From the NCBI GenBank assembly GCA_017435665.1, contig JAFSEP010000064.1:5357-37356 (forward strand): DNA of 32,000 nucleotides. The letters run 5' to 3'. A program made the position numbers and the translations under genes. The first letter of the stretch is position 1; every line of letters starts with the position of its first letter. This document shows, piece after piece, positions 24,115-32,000 of this stretch. Source of the stretch: Clostridia bacterium (GTDB lineage: Bacteria > Bacillota > Clostridia > Oscillospirales > Acutalibacteraceae). Under the pieces are notes generated by a model. That model was not told the origin of the DNA, searched no databases, and saw only the letters and a program-made list of their open reading frames with translations.

Positions 24115-25779
24115 ATGTTACCGGAACCGAAAAATTATAACTGCTATGAGTATCTCAGATACTGCACAGAAATCTATGATGACGTATATATGATGCAGCA
24201 TTTTGGTGTTAAGTATATGCGTTCGGAGATTTTCAAGGACATAGAAGCTCTTGCAGCATATTTCCAGAATGTTCTTGGCCTCAGGAAGGGGGACGTTTAC
24301 ACAATCTTTATGCCCACAACAGTTCAGAGCATCGTTGCTTTCTATGCTCTTAACAAAATCGGCGTAATCACAAGCTTCGTTCATCCTCTTATGGCAACAG
24401 AATTCCTCAAGGAGCAGATCGAGCTCGTTCACTCAAAGGGTGTTATGGTTCTCGACCTTCTTGCAAAGGATCACATCAAGACAATTAATGACAGCGGTTT
24501 ACCCTGCCTTGTTTGTAACAGCTCTGACTATTCGGAAGGTTATAAGCGTTTCGGCTGTAAGATCGGTGAAGGTCTCATCAAGGGTATTTTCCCCAAGTAT
24601 GAGAGAGCTACATACTATAAAGAAGCTGTAAAGACAACATCAAGAGTTGAAGGCGAAAAGGAAAATGCCGATGATGTTGCAGCATACCTTAACGGCGGCG
24701 GCACAACAGGTAAGAGCAAGACAATCAAGCTCACAAACAGAGCTATTAACGAGCTTACACAGAGAGTTTCCGATATTGACGAAATTCACGATCCCGGTGA
24801 GGAAGCAGAGATTATCGTTCTTCCCATGTTCCATTGCTTCGGTCTTTGCATCGGTATTCATATGGCTATGTGTAACTCAGCCAGAATTATTCCTATGATG
24901 CAGTTTGACTCAAAGATTTTCACAAGACTTATGCGTGAAAACAAAGTTGTCGGCTTCGGCGGTATTCCTCTCTTCTTCCAGAAGCTTATGAGAGATAAGA
25001 ACTTCGACGGTCCCCACCTCAAGAATGTCAGACTTATGTTCTGCGGCGGCGACGATATTTCAGACGGCTTCATTGACGAATATAACTCATACTTTGAGAA
25101 GTGGGGTTCAACAGCAAGACTCCGTCAGGGCTACGGTCTTACTGAAATTGCTTCAGTTTGCTGTACAAATACAAATACTGTTTACAAGCGTGGTTCAATC
25201 GGTAAGGCTCTTCGTGGCGTTGAGGTTCAGATATGGGACGACGATCACAAGCAGCTTCCCACAGGCGAAATCGGTGAATTTGCTATTTCAGGTCCCACAA
25301 TTATGCAGGGCTACTATATGGAAGGCGAAGCAGAGGACTACGGTCTTTATACCGATGAAAACGGCAAGAAGTGGGTTCTTTCAGGTGACCTTGGCTATCA
25401 GGATGAAGAAGGCTTCTTCTTCTTCTCAGGCAGAAAGAAGAGACTTATCATTATTGCCGGCTACAATGTATATCCCACAGATATCGAAAAGGTAGTAGGT
25501 GAGCTTCCTTTCATTAAGGAATGCTGTGCTGTTCAGGGCTGGGATAACGGCAGAAGTATGGTTCGTCTTTATGCTACTGCACACTCAGGCAAGAGCGAAG
25601 AGGAAATGAAGCAGATTATCCGTGAGACATGTGAAGGCAACTTCTCAAAGTTCTATGTTCCCAAGGATATTATCTTTATGGATTCTCTTCCCGAGACTCC
25701 GCTTATGAAGGTTGACTTTATGAAGCTCACAGCTGCAGATCCCGAAAAGGCAAGAGCAGAAAGAAAAATTAACTCATAA
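24115..25779 (+). CDS. AMP-dependent synthetase/ligase (acyl-CoA ligase-like)
   Basis: ATG 24115 lies 9 nt after AAGGAG, so I prefer it over the tracked GTG at 24076. Adenylate-forming motifs are YLNGGGTTGKSKTI, GYGLTE, SGDLGYQDEEGFFFFSGRKKRLII and GYNVYPTDIE. Confidence 0.9.
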   Translation: MLPEPKNYNCYEYLRYCTEIYDDVYMMQHFGVKYMRSEIFKDIEALAAYFQNVLGLRKGDVYTIFMPTTVQSIVAFYALNKIGVITSFVHPLMATEFLKEQIELVHSKGVMVLDLLAKDHIKTINDSGLPCLVCNSSDYSEGYKRFGCKIGEGLIKGIFPKYERATYYKEAVKTTSRVEGEKENADDVAAYLNGGGTTGKSKTIKLTNRAINELTQRVSDIDEIHDPGEEAEIIVLPMFHCFGLCIGIHMAMCNSARIIPMMQFDSKIFTRLMRENKVVGFGGIPLFFQKLMRDKNFDGPHLKNVRLMFCGGDDISDGFIDEYNSYFEKWGSTARLRQGYGLTEIASVCCTNTNTVYKRGSIGKALRGVEVQIWDDDHKQLPTGEIGEFAISGPTIMQGYYMEGEAEDYGLYTDENGKKWVLSGDLGYQDEEGFFFFSGRKKRLIIIAGYNVYPTDIEKVVGELPFIKECCAVQGWDNGRSMVRLYATAHSGKSEEEMKQIIRETCEGNFSKFYVPKDIIFMDSLPETPLMKVDFMKLTAADPEKARAERKINS

Positions 25780-25809
25780 CATAGAGTTTTAATAATTGTT
25801 ATAAAAATT

Positions 25810-25840
25810 AAACTCCATTTGTGATTTACAAGTGGAGTTT
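25810..25840 (+). terminator. Hairpin after the ligase gene (weak terminator)
   Basis: AAACTCCATTTG pairs with CAAGTGGAGTTT (12 bp with one wobble, 7-nt loop). The following T tract is only TTT. Confidence 0.4.
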
Positions 25841-25853
25841 AATGTGATATAAT
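25825..25853 (+). promoter_or_regulatory. Putative extended -10 promoter for the oxidoreductase operon
   Basis: TTTACA is at 25825-25830, followed by a 17-nt spacer ending in TGa and TATAAT at 25848-25853. It overlaps the 3' arm of the upstream hairpin. Confidence 0.5.
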
Positions 25854-25943
25854 CAAAGAGATTTGAGTTCAGCTTATAAATTTAAGCAACCCATCTAAAC
25901 TAAGTGGCGTTACTCGTCATAACAGAAGGAGATCGTATATCAG

Positions 25944-26147
25944 ATGATTACAATCAATTCAATGATGTGCAAGGGCTGCGGATACTGTATCAAGTTCTGT
26001 CCCAAGCATATTCTGGAAATGGGTAAAGAGAGATCTGAAAAGGGTCACTTTTATCCCGTAAACATTAACACAGACGCATGCACAAGCTGTGCTATCTGCG
26101 CACTTATGTGTCCCGAAGCAGCTATTGAAGTTGCTGCAAAGAATTAA
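25944..26147 (+). CDS. 2-oxoacid:ferredoxin oxidoreductase delta subunit (2x[4Fe-4S] ferredoxin)
   Basis: Two CxxCxxCxxxCP clusters are present: CKGCGYCIKFCP and CTSCAICALMCP. Confidence 0.85.
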   Translation: MITINSMMCKGCGYCIKFCPKHILEMGKERSEKGHFYPVNINTDACTSCAICALMCPEAAIEVAAKN

Positions 26148-26163
26148 GAAGGAGGGCGCATCA

Positions 26164-27228
26164 ATGGAAAAGAGATTTATGAAGGGCTGTGAAGCTATCG
26201 CAGAAGCTGCTGTAAGAGGCGGCTGCAGATTTTTCGCAGGCTATCCCATTACTCCGCAGAACGAAATCCCCGAATATCTTTCATGGAGACTTCCTGAGGT
26301 AGGCGGTGCTTTTGTTCAGGGCGAAAGCGAAGTTGCATCAATCAATATGGTTTACGGTGCAGCAGCAACAGGTAAGAGAGCTCTGACAAGCTCATCAGGC
26401 CCGGGTATAAGCCTCAAGGCAGAAGGTATCTCATACCTTGCATCTGCTCAGCTTCCCGCAGTTATCGTTAATATTTCAAGAGGCGGCCCCGGTCTCGGTT
26501 CAATCCAGCCGGCACAGTCAGACTATCTTCAGGCAACCAAGGCTCTCGGTCACGGCGGCTTCAGAGCTATGGTTTTTGCTCCCGCAACACTTCAGGAAGC
26601 AGTTGACCTTACATACAATGCATGGGAATATGCTGAAAGAGACAGAGGCCCCGTTCTCATTCTTATGGATGGCTGTCTCGGTGCTATTATGGAAGAAGTA
26701 GAGCTTCCTCCCATGAAGGAGCTTAAAATCGAAAATACAGAGGATTGGGATCTTTCAAGAGCTAACGGCAGAACAGATGCTCATATGATTACACCCATTC
26801 TTCCCGAGCCTGCACTTGAAATGCTCAACAGAGCAAAGGGTATGGTTTACAATATGATGTGGCCTATGGATGCAAAGGCTGAGGAATATATGCTTGACGA
26901 TGCTGAGTATGTAGTAGTTGCATACGGTATTGCCGCAAGAGTTGCAAAGGAAGCTATTAACGAGCTTCGTGCAAAGGGCGTTAAGATCGGTATGATCCGT
27001 CCCATCACTCTTTATCCCTTCCCCAAGAGCATCGAAAACCTTGATTACAGCAAGGTAAAGGGTATTATTGATATAGAAATGACAATTCCCGCACAGATGC
27101 GTGACGATATTGAGCTTCAGGTCAAGGGCCGCTGCCCCGTTCACGAATACGGACGCTCAGGCGGTATGCTTCTTGACGATGAAGGCGTTTATAACGCTAT
27201 TGCAGAAATTACAGGAGGAGGTAACTGA
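26164..27228 (+). CDS. 2-oxoacid:ferredoxin oxidoreductase alpha subunit
   Basis: I use the internal ATG 26164, which follows AAGGAGGG. The segment MKGCEAIAEAAVRGGCRFFAGYPITPQNEI is typical of the KorA/VorA/PorA N-terminus. The tracked upstream extension overlaps the ferredoxin gene. Confidence 0.9.
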   Translation: MEKRFMKGCEAIAEAAVRGGCRFFAGYPITPQNEIPEYLSWRLPEVGGAFVQGESEVASINMVYGAAATGKRALTSSSGPGISLKAEGISYLASAQLPAVIVNISRGGPGLGSIQPAQSDYLQATKALGHGGFRAMVFAPATLQEAVDLTYNAWEYAERDRGPVLILMDGCLGAIMEEVELPPMKELKIENTEDWDLSRANGRTDAHMITPILPEPALEMLNRAKGMVYNMMWPMDAKAEEYMLDDAEYVVVAYGIAARVAKEAINELRAKGVKIGMIRPITLYPFPKSIENLDYSKVKGIIDIEMTIPAQMRDDIELQVKGRCPVHEYGRSGGMLLDDEGVYNAIAEITGGGN

Positions 27229-27229
27229 T

Positions 27230-27973
27230 ATGCCGGAATATAAGAGACCATCATCATTGATGCCTATGGCTACCGGATACTGTCCGGGCTGTATGCACGC
27301 ACTTGCAACAAGACTTGTGGCTGATGTTATTGATGAGCTTAATCAGGCTGATAACGCAATCAATGTTGTTTCAGTCGGTTGCTCAGCACTTAATCTTTAC
27401 AGCTGGCACGGTGACGTTATCGGTGCCGCACACGGCAGAGCTCCCGCTGTTGCAACGGGTATCAAGCGTTGCCTTCCCGAAAGACTTGTTTTCACATATC
27501 AGGGTGACGGCGACCTTGCCGCTATCGGTCTTGCTGAAATTATGTCAGCAGCCAACAGAGGCGAGAACTTCACAGTTGTTTTCGCAAACAACCAGACCTA
27601 CGGTATGACAGGCGGTCAGATGGCACCCACAACACTTATCGGTCAGAAGACAACAACAACAAGATTCGGACGTGATCCTCAGACAACAGGTTATCCTCTT
27701 AAAATGTGTGAGCTTATCTCAGTTCTTGAAGCTCCTGTGTTTGTTGCAAGATATGCATTGAACTCACCCAAGGGTGTAAGCGATGCAAAGAAGGGTATCA
27801 AAAAGGCATTTGAAATGCAGTTGGCAGGTAAGGGCTTCACATTTGTTGAGCTTCTTACAAACTGTCCCACAAACTGGGGCATGTCACCCCTTGACACTCT
27901 TGAATATATGAATACTAATACTATCCCGTATTTCCAGCCGGGTGTGTATAAAGATGCGGAGGCTGCAAAGTAA
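27230..27973 (+). CDS. 2-oxoacid:ferredoxin oxidoreductase beta subunit (TPP-binding)
   Basis: ATG 27230 lies 1 nt after the alpha stop, following GGAGGAGG. The segment YCPGCMH is followed by the TPP motif YQGDGDLAAIGLAEIMSAANRGENFTVVFANNQTYGMTGGQ. Confidence 0.9.
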   Translation: MPEYKRPSSLMPMATGYCPGCMHALATRLVADVIDELNQADNAINVVSVGCSALNLYSWHGDVIGAAHGRAPAVATGIKRCLPERLVFTYQGDGDLAAIGLAEIMSAANRGENFTVVFANNQTYGMTGGQMAPTTLIGQKTTTTRFGRDPQTTGYPLKMCELISVLEAPVFVARYALNSPKGVSDAKKGIKKAFEMQLAGKGFTFVELLTNCPTNWGMSPLDTLEYMNTNTIPYFQPGVYKDAEAAK

Positions 27974-28518
27974 TGAAAAAATCATTTGTATTTTCAGGTT
28001 CAGGCGGTCAGGGCATTATGAGCGCAGGTATTATGCTTGCTCACACCGCTATTGATATGAACAAGCATTCAACATATCTTCCCGAATACGGCCCCGAGCA
28101 GCGTGGCGGCAGTGCCAAGTGTACTGTTATTATCAGCGACGGCGAGATTATTTCTCCTCTCACAAAGAAATGTGACAATCTTATTGTTATGAACGAGCAG
28201 GCATATGCAAAGTTCGGTGATTCTGTCAAGGAAGGCGGACTTCTCGTTCTCAATTCAAGCAGAATTAAAGAAGAAATTACCAGAGAAGACGTGAAGGTTC
28301 TTGCTGTTCCCGTTGATGACATTGCTCTTGAGCTTGGCAACGTGAAGGCAGCAAATATTGTTCTTATCGGTGCACTTATCGGTGCAACTGATGTTGTAAG
28401 CAAGGATGCATTTGTTGCAAGTCTTGAAGAAAAGTTCAAGACAAAGAAGCCCGAAATTCTTGAGCTGAACTTAAAGGCTCTTGAAAAGGGTATTGAATTT
28501 GGTAAGGCAGCAAAATAA
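27973..28518 (+). CDS. 2-oxoacid:ferredoxin oxidoreductase gamma subunit
   Basis: The start shows a TAATG stop/start overlap. The segment FSGSGGQGIMSAGIMLA...PEYGPEQRGGSAKCTVIIS is typical of the gamma subunit. Confidence 0.9.
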   Translation: MKKSFVFSGSGGQGIMSAGIMLAHTAIDMNKHSTYLPEYGPEQRGGSAKCTVIISDGEIISPLTKKCDNLIVMNEQAYAKFGDSVKEGGLLVLNSSRIKEEITREDVKVLAVPVDDIALELGNVKAANIVLIGALIGATDVVSKDAFVASLEEKFKTKKPEILELNLKALEKGIEFGKAAK

Positions 28519-28550
28519 CTTAAAATAAAATAAAAAAGGAGACTGTTATT

Positions 28551-28772
28551 ATGTCAAAGTATTCTTTCGACACTAAGTTCAGCGTACTTATGAAGGATCC
28601 TCAGGTTATGGAGATCGTTGAAGATCTTTGTCCTGAAATCGTTAACCACCCCATGAAGAGCCTTGCTCTCAGCCTCGGCTTCACACCGAATATGGGTATG
28701 GCAGTTCTTTCTAAGATGTACAGCAAGGAAAAGATCGAAGAGTTCAGAGTAAGACTCGAAGCAATTGAATAA
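28551..28772 (+). CDS. Small hypothetical protein (73 aa), last gene of the oxidoreductase operon
   Basis: AAGGAGA lies 9 nt upstream of the ATG. It sits 32 nt after the gamma-subunit stop and before the terminator. I recognise no family. Confidence 0.55.
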   Translation: MSKYSFDTKFSVLMKDPQVMEIVEDLCPEIVNHPMKSLALSLGFTPNMGMAVLSKMYSKEKIEEFRVRLEAIE

Positions 28773-28782
28773 TTAAGCTTAA

Positions 28783-28804
28783 CGCCACACCGAAAGGTGT
28801 GGCG
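28783..28804 (+). terminator. Intrinsic terminator hairpin ending the oxidoreductase operon
   Basis: CGCCACACC-GAAA-GGTGTGGCG forms a perfect 9-bp GC-rich stem with a GNRA-like loop. The following T tract is weak (CTTAGTCTT). Confidence 0.6.
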
Positions 28805-28857
28805 CTTAGTCTTCAGGACTGGATTATTTAATATTAAATATTAAAAGGATGTTGAAA

Positions 28858-31800
28858 ATGTATAAATTGAAGAAAACATTGAGGGTGTTTGTGCTGACAT
28901 TCTCAGTTGTTCTTATGCTGTGCCTTTTGTCGGGTACGGCATCTGCCGTTATGTCTGCAGATAATGCGGGTGACAGACTGGGAGTATATTCCGATTGGGT
29001 TGAAAGCATATCGGACGGTCAGATATATTTGAAATGCCCCGACAAAAATATTGATGAAGCATATTATACGGATATGCTCAACGAGCTGTTTGACAGCTTC
29101 AAGGGTGAAATCGGCTCAGATTATTGCGAAATAACGGTTTTCATCGAATACAGCGCTGAATCATATCCTGATACAGATACCTTCAGAGAGAAAATGTTTG
29201 AAACGGAAAGACACCTTAACATCTGCTGGCCGGAATGGAGTGGACGTGACGGTGTCAACTTCAATGTTGGCGCATATGTTTACGGTGACGGAACAATTGC
29301 AAAATATTATGTTGAAGCCGAACTGAAAATTAACGGACAAAGCCCTGAGGGAGCATATGCTGATTACAATACACAGCTTAAACAGATAGTATCTCAGGCG
29401 CAGAGCAGCTGCTATACAGATGAAGCGCTTGTAAAGTATTACTGCGATTGGATTAAAAACAACATCACTTATGATATAAATGAGGCTGCCACAAACAGCG
29501 CTTGTGAGGCTCTTCTGAAGAAAAGGGCGGTATGCGGCGGCTTTGCAAACCTTCTGCGTGATCTGTGCAACGAGTCGGGAATTCCTGCAATCGTGCCCTC
29601 AAGCAAAAGCCTGAATCACGCATGGAATGAAGTATTCATTGACGGAACATGGTATACAGTCGACCTTCTCAATGTGGTCAGACCAATTTCAGGAGGCTAT
29701 GAAAACACATATTTCTTTACCGACCCGAACGGCAGCTGTGATTATCCCGAGGAAACGGATGAAATGAAAAACAAGCTTTTCATTTTTACTTTCGGCTGCG
29801 GTGAAAGCCTCCTTTGGAAGCTGAACACGGGCTATGACAGACTTACAATAACAGGCAACGGAGCTATGCCTGATTACGATTGGGGAGAGGTATTTCCCGA
29901 ATGGATTGACTATCTCGGTTTTTCAGAGGTGTATATTTCTCACGGCGTAAGCTCTGTGGGTGCTTATGCCTTTTGGGATGCCTTCGGTGTGGGCGGTCTT
30001 ACAACGGTTTATCTGCCCTCAACAATAGAATATATCGGCGAGGGTGCTTTTTCGGATTGCTGTGACCTTCAGGAAATTATATTTGACGGAACAAAAGAGC
30101 AATGGGATAAAATTGAAAAAGCTCCTGATTTTGAAGATGTTGCGTCAACCGTAACAATAAAAGTAAAAGAAAATGCACATACCCATTCCTACGGCAGCTG
30201 GACGGTATCCGTACAGCCTACGTGTACGTCAGACGGATTAAAATATAAGGTCTGCTCAGGATGCGGGGATATGGTGGAAGAAGCTATTATCTCAGACGGC
30301 CACAGCTATACCCATACGGTAACCCCACCGACCTGCACACAGATGGGATACACAACGCATACCTGTAATGTTTGTCAACATAGCTACGTTGACAGCTATG
30401 TTGCAGAAAACGGACACTCAATGGATGTATGGAAAACCCTTAGTGAAGCCACCTGCACCAAGGAGGGTCTGAAGAAAAGAGAATGCCTTAACTGCGGTTA
30501 TTTTGAAAGTGAAGCTATCGGTGTAACAGAGCACACCTTCAGCAACGAATGGACGGTTGATGTTAAGCCTGACTGTGAAAATGCCGGCAGTAAATCACGC
30601 CATTGCACTAAGTGCGATGCCAGAACAGATGTTACAAAAATACAGCCAACGGGTCACAGCCACATTCCTTCCGTGACCTTGCCTGACTGCAATAACGGCG
30701 GTTATACAACCTACATCTGCCATTGCGGAGACACATATATCGGCAACAAGACCCCGGCTCTCGGGCACAGCTTCGGTGATTGGTATGAAGTAGCTTCTCC
30801 CGATTGCGAAAATAACGGTACCGAAGTCAGAAAATGCTCTGTTTGTGAGCTTGAAGAAACTAAGAAAACCGATGCTCTCGGACACACTTACGGTACCGAA
30901 TGGACGGTTGACACAGAGGTCACCTGCACTAAGGACGGCTCTAAGTCCCACCACTGTGTAAGATGCGGTGATAAAAAGGATGTCACCGTTATCAAAGCAG
31001 AGGGACATAAGCACAGCGCTGTTGTGACGCCCGTTACCTGCACAAGTGACGGTTATACAACCTATACCTGCCATTGCGGAGATACATATATTTCGGATTA
31101 TGTATATTCAAAGGGACATACAAAGGTGACCGATATCAGAGTTGAGCCCACCTGTACTTCAACAGGACTTACGGAGGGTGAACATTGCTCCGTCTGTGGG
31201 AAAGTTTTTGTTGCTCAGACAGTTATCGGTAAGCTTGAGCATACATACACAGAAGCTCTCGTTCCGCCTACCTGCACAGAGGACGGGCTCAAGACATATA
31301 CCTGCTCTTGCGGTGATACATATACAGAGACAGTCGGAGCTTCGGGACACAGCTATGAAACCGAATTTACGACAGATGAAGCTGCAACCTGCACGAAAGA
31401 GGGCAGCAAGTCAAGGCATTGTAAAAACTGCAGTTCTGTTACGGATGTGACTATAATTCCCGTAAAGCCTCACAGTATAAAGATCACCGTATTTGAGCCG
31501 GATTGCACCCATTCGGGATATACTCTCAATGAATGTGTGAGCTGTGGCTGTGACTTTGAGGAAATTACGGATGAAAAAGATGCAAAGGGACACAGCTTGG
31601 GTGAAGCCTATACCGTAGAACAGGCTACCTGCAGTAAAGAAGGGACAAAGAGGGCAGACTGTATAAGATGTGGTTATTATGAGGTATACATTATCGAAAA
31701 AACATCCCACATTTACACAGAAGCTCTCATTCCGCCTACCTGCACAGAGGACGGACTCAAGACATATACCTGCTCTTGCGGTGATACATATACAGAGACA

Positions 31801-32000
31801 GTCGGAGCTTCGGGACACAGCTATGAAACCGAATTTACGACAGATGAAGCTGCAACCTGCACAAAAGAGGGCAGTAAGTCAAGGCATTGTAAAAATTGCA
31901 GTTCTGTTACGGATGTGACGGTGATTCCCGTGAAGCCTCACAGTATAAAGACCACCGTATTTGAGCCGGATTGTACCAATTCGGGATATACTCTCAATGA
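28858..32000 (+). CDS. Large secreted multidomain protein (3' end outside window): signal peptide, transglutaminase-like core, LRR-like segment, His/Cys3 repeat array
   Basis: It is absent from the ORF track because no stop occurs. I hand-translated frame 1 from ATG 28858 to nt 31998 and found no stop. The signal peptide is MYKLKKTLRVFVLTFSVVLMLCLLSGTASA. The transglutaminase-like Cys/His/Asp core is AVCGGFANLLRDLCNESGIPA...NHAWNEVFIDGTWYTVD (about 29527-29663). The BspA-type LRR-like segment is VYISHGVSSVGAYAF...TVYLPSTIEYIGEGAFSDCCDLQEIIF. A repeat array follows from 30178. Confidence 0.85.
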   Translation, partial: MYKLKKTLRVFVLTFSVVLMLCLLSGTASAVMSADNAGDRLGVYSDWVESISDGQIYLKCPDKNIDEAYYTDMLNELFDSFKGEIGSDYCEITVFIEYSAESYPDTDTFREKMFETERHLNICWPEWSGRDGVNFNVGAYVYGDGTIAKYYVEAELKINGQSPEGAYADYNTQLKQIVSQAQSSCYTDEALVKYYCDWIKNNITYDINEAATNSACEALLKKRAVCGGFANLLRDLCNESGIPAIVPSSKSLNHAWNEVFIDGTWYTVDLLNVVRPISGGYENTYFFTDPNGSCDYPEETDEMKNKLFIFTFGCGESLLWKLNTGYDRLTITGNGAMPDYDWGEVFPEWIDYLGFSEVYISHGVSSVGAYAFWDAFGVGGLTTVYLPSTIEYIGEGAFSDCCDLQEIIFDGTKEQWDKIEKAPDFEDVASTVTIKVKENAHTHSYGSWTVSVQPTCTSDGLKYKVCSGCGDMVEEAIISDGHSYTHTVTPPTCTQMGYTTHTCNVCQHSYVDSYVAENGHSMDVWKTLSEATCTKEGLKKRECLNCGYFESEAIGVTEHTFSNEWTVDVKPDCENAGSKSRHCTKCDARTDVTKIQPTGHSHIPSVTLPDCNNGGYTTYICHCGDTYIGNKTPALGHSFGDWYEVASPDCENNGTEVRKCSVCELEETKKTDALGHTYGTEWTVDTEVTCTKDGSKSHHCVRCGDKKDVTVIKAEGHKHSAVVTPVTCTSDGYTTYTCHCGDTYISDYVYSKGHTKVTDIRVEPTCTSTGLTEGEHCSVCGKVFVAQTVIGKLEHTYTEALVPPTCTEDGLKTYTCSCGDTYTETVGASGHSYETEFTTDEAATCTKEGSKSRHCKNCSSVTDVTIIPVKPHSIKITVFEPDCTHSGYTLNECVSCGCDFEEITDEKDAKGHSLGEAYTVEQATCSKEGTKRADCIRCGYYEVYIIEKTSHIYTEALIPPTCTEDGLKTYTCSCGDTYTETVGASGHSYETEFTTDEAATCTKEGSKSRHCKNCSSVTDVTVIPVKPHSIKTTVFEPDCTNSGYTLN
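30178..32000 (+). repeat. Array of at least 16 tandem coding repeats of 36-41 aa, each with one leading His and three Cys
   Basis: Hand translation gives 16 units of the form H-x(9-13)-C-x(3)-G-x(5-6)-C-x(2)-C-x(10-15)-G. Examples are HSYTHTVTPPTCTQMGYTTHTCNVCQHSY... and HTFSNEWTVDVKPDCENAGSKSRHCTKCDART... Confidence 0.85.
31247..32000 (+). repeat. Near-identical tandem duplication with a 468-nt (156-aa, four-module) period inside the repeat array
   Basis: nt 31247-31532 aligns to 31715-32000 at a constant offset of 468 nt. I counted roughly a dozen mismatches in 286 nt by hand. The second copy runs off the window. Confidence 0.85.

Noticed and set aside
25025-25495. 156-aa plus-strand ORF inside the acyl-CoA ligase gene
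   Set aside because: It is an alternative frame of a gene with clear adenylate-forming motifs and has no independent support.
30595-31918. Several tracked ORFs on both strands (30595-31074 minus, 31142-31450 plus, 31159-31350 minus, 31411-31818 minus, 31670-31918 plus), some with near-identical sequences
   Set aside because: All lie within the long open frame 1 of the secreted repeat protein. Their duplication simply mirrors the 468-nt tandem DNA repeat, and their compositions are typical of off-frame translation of Cys/Thr/Gly-rich repeats.
1-32000. Search for CRISPR arrays, tRNA/rRNA genes, transposases/integrases and IS inverted repeats
   Set aside because: I recognised none on either strand. 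The only extended repeats are the coding repeats in the secreted protein. Any mobility genes for the defence island would have to lie upstream of the window.

Overview
The window appears to come from a moderate-GC Firmicute. A Clostridia or Ruminococcus/Oscillospiraceae-like source is my inference from gene content, a sporulation gene pair and codon style.

It splits into two parts.

(1) nt 1-9007 is one uninterrupted, co-directional (+) string of 10 tightly packed or overlapping genes. Spot counts show it is visibly more AT-rich than the rest. It looks like a defence island and contains:
- the 3' end of a type I R-M specificity gene (hsdS);
- a four-gene cassette of unknown function wedged between hsdS and hsdR: a HAD-superfamily phosphatase with intact catalytic motifs, two uncharacterised proteins, and a protein with a HEPN-like Rx6H motif;
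- a 1096-aa HsdR with an N-terminal DUF4145/HEPN-like extension;
- a small Cys-rich protein;
- a Pycsar-like module with atypical architecture, in which two paralogous class III nucleotidyl-cyclase genes flank a single PycTM-like membrane effector.

The island ends in a non-coding stretch (9008-9550). This stretch holds a consensus promoter, no credible ORF and two intrinsic terminators, so it is a candidate sRNA or junction scar.

(2) nt 9551-28800 is ordinary chromosome:
- a short lipoprotein SBP, uvrC, a metallophosphoesterase and an XRE regulator;
- yaaL-bofA and manA;
- FMN riboswitch-ribU and SAM-I riboswitch-metK;
- a GDPD phosphodiesterase, cca, an ArsC/Spx-family protein, DUF896 and a lipoprotein;
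- a MacA/MacB-like pair without an ATPase;
- an acyl-CoA-ligase-like enzyme and a four-subunit 2-oxoacid:ferredoxin oxidoreductase operon.

From 28858 to the window end runs a large secreted protein that is missing from the ORF track because it has no stop in the window. It carries a transglutaminase-like core, an LRR-like segment and at least 16 His/Cys3 repeats, including a near-identical 468-nt tandem duplication.

The two candidates for a new system are the hsdS/hsdR-nested four-gene cassette and the dual-cyclase Pycsar-like module. All family assignments rest on motif recognition by eye; no searches were run.
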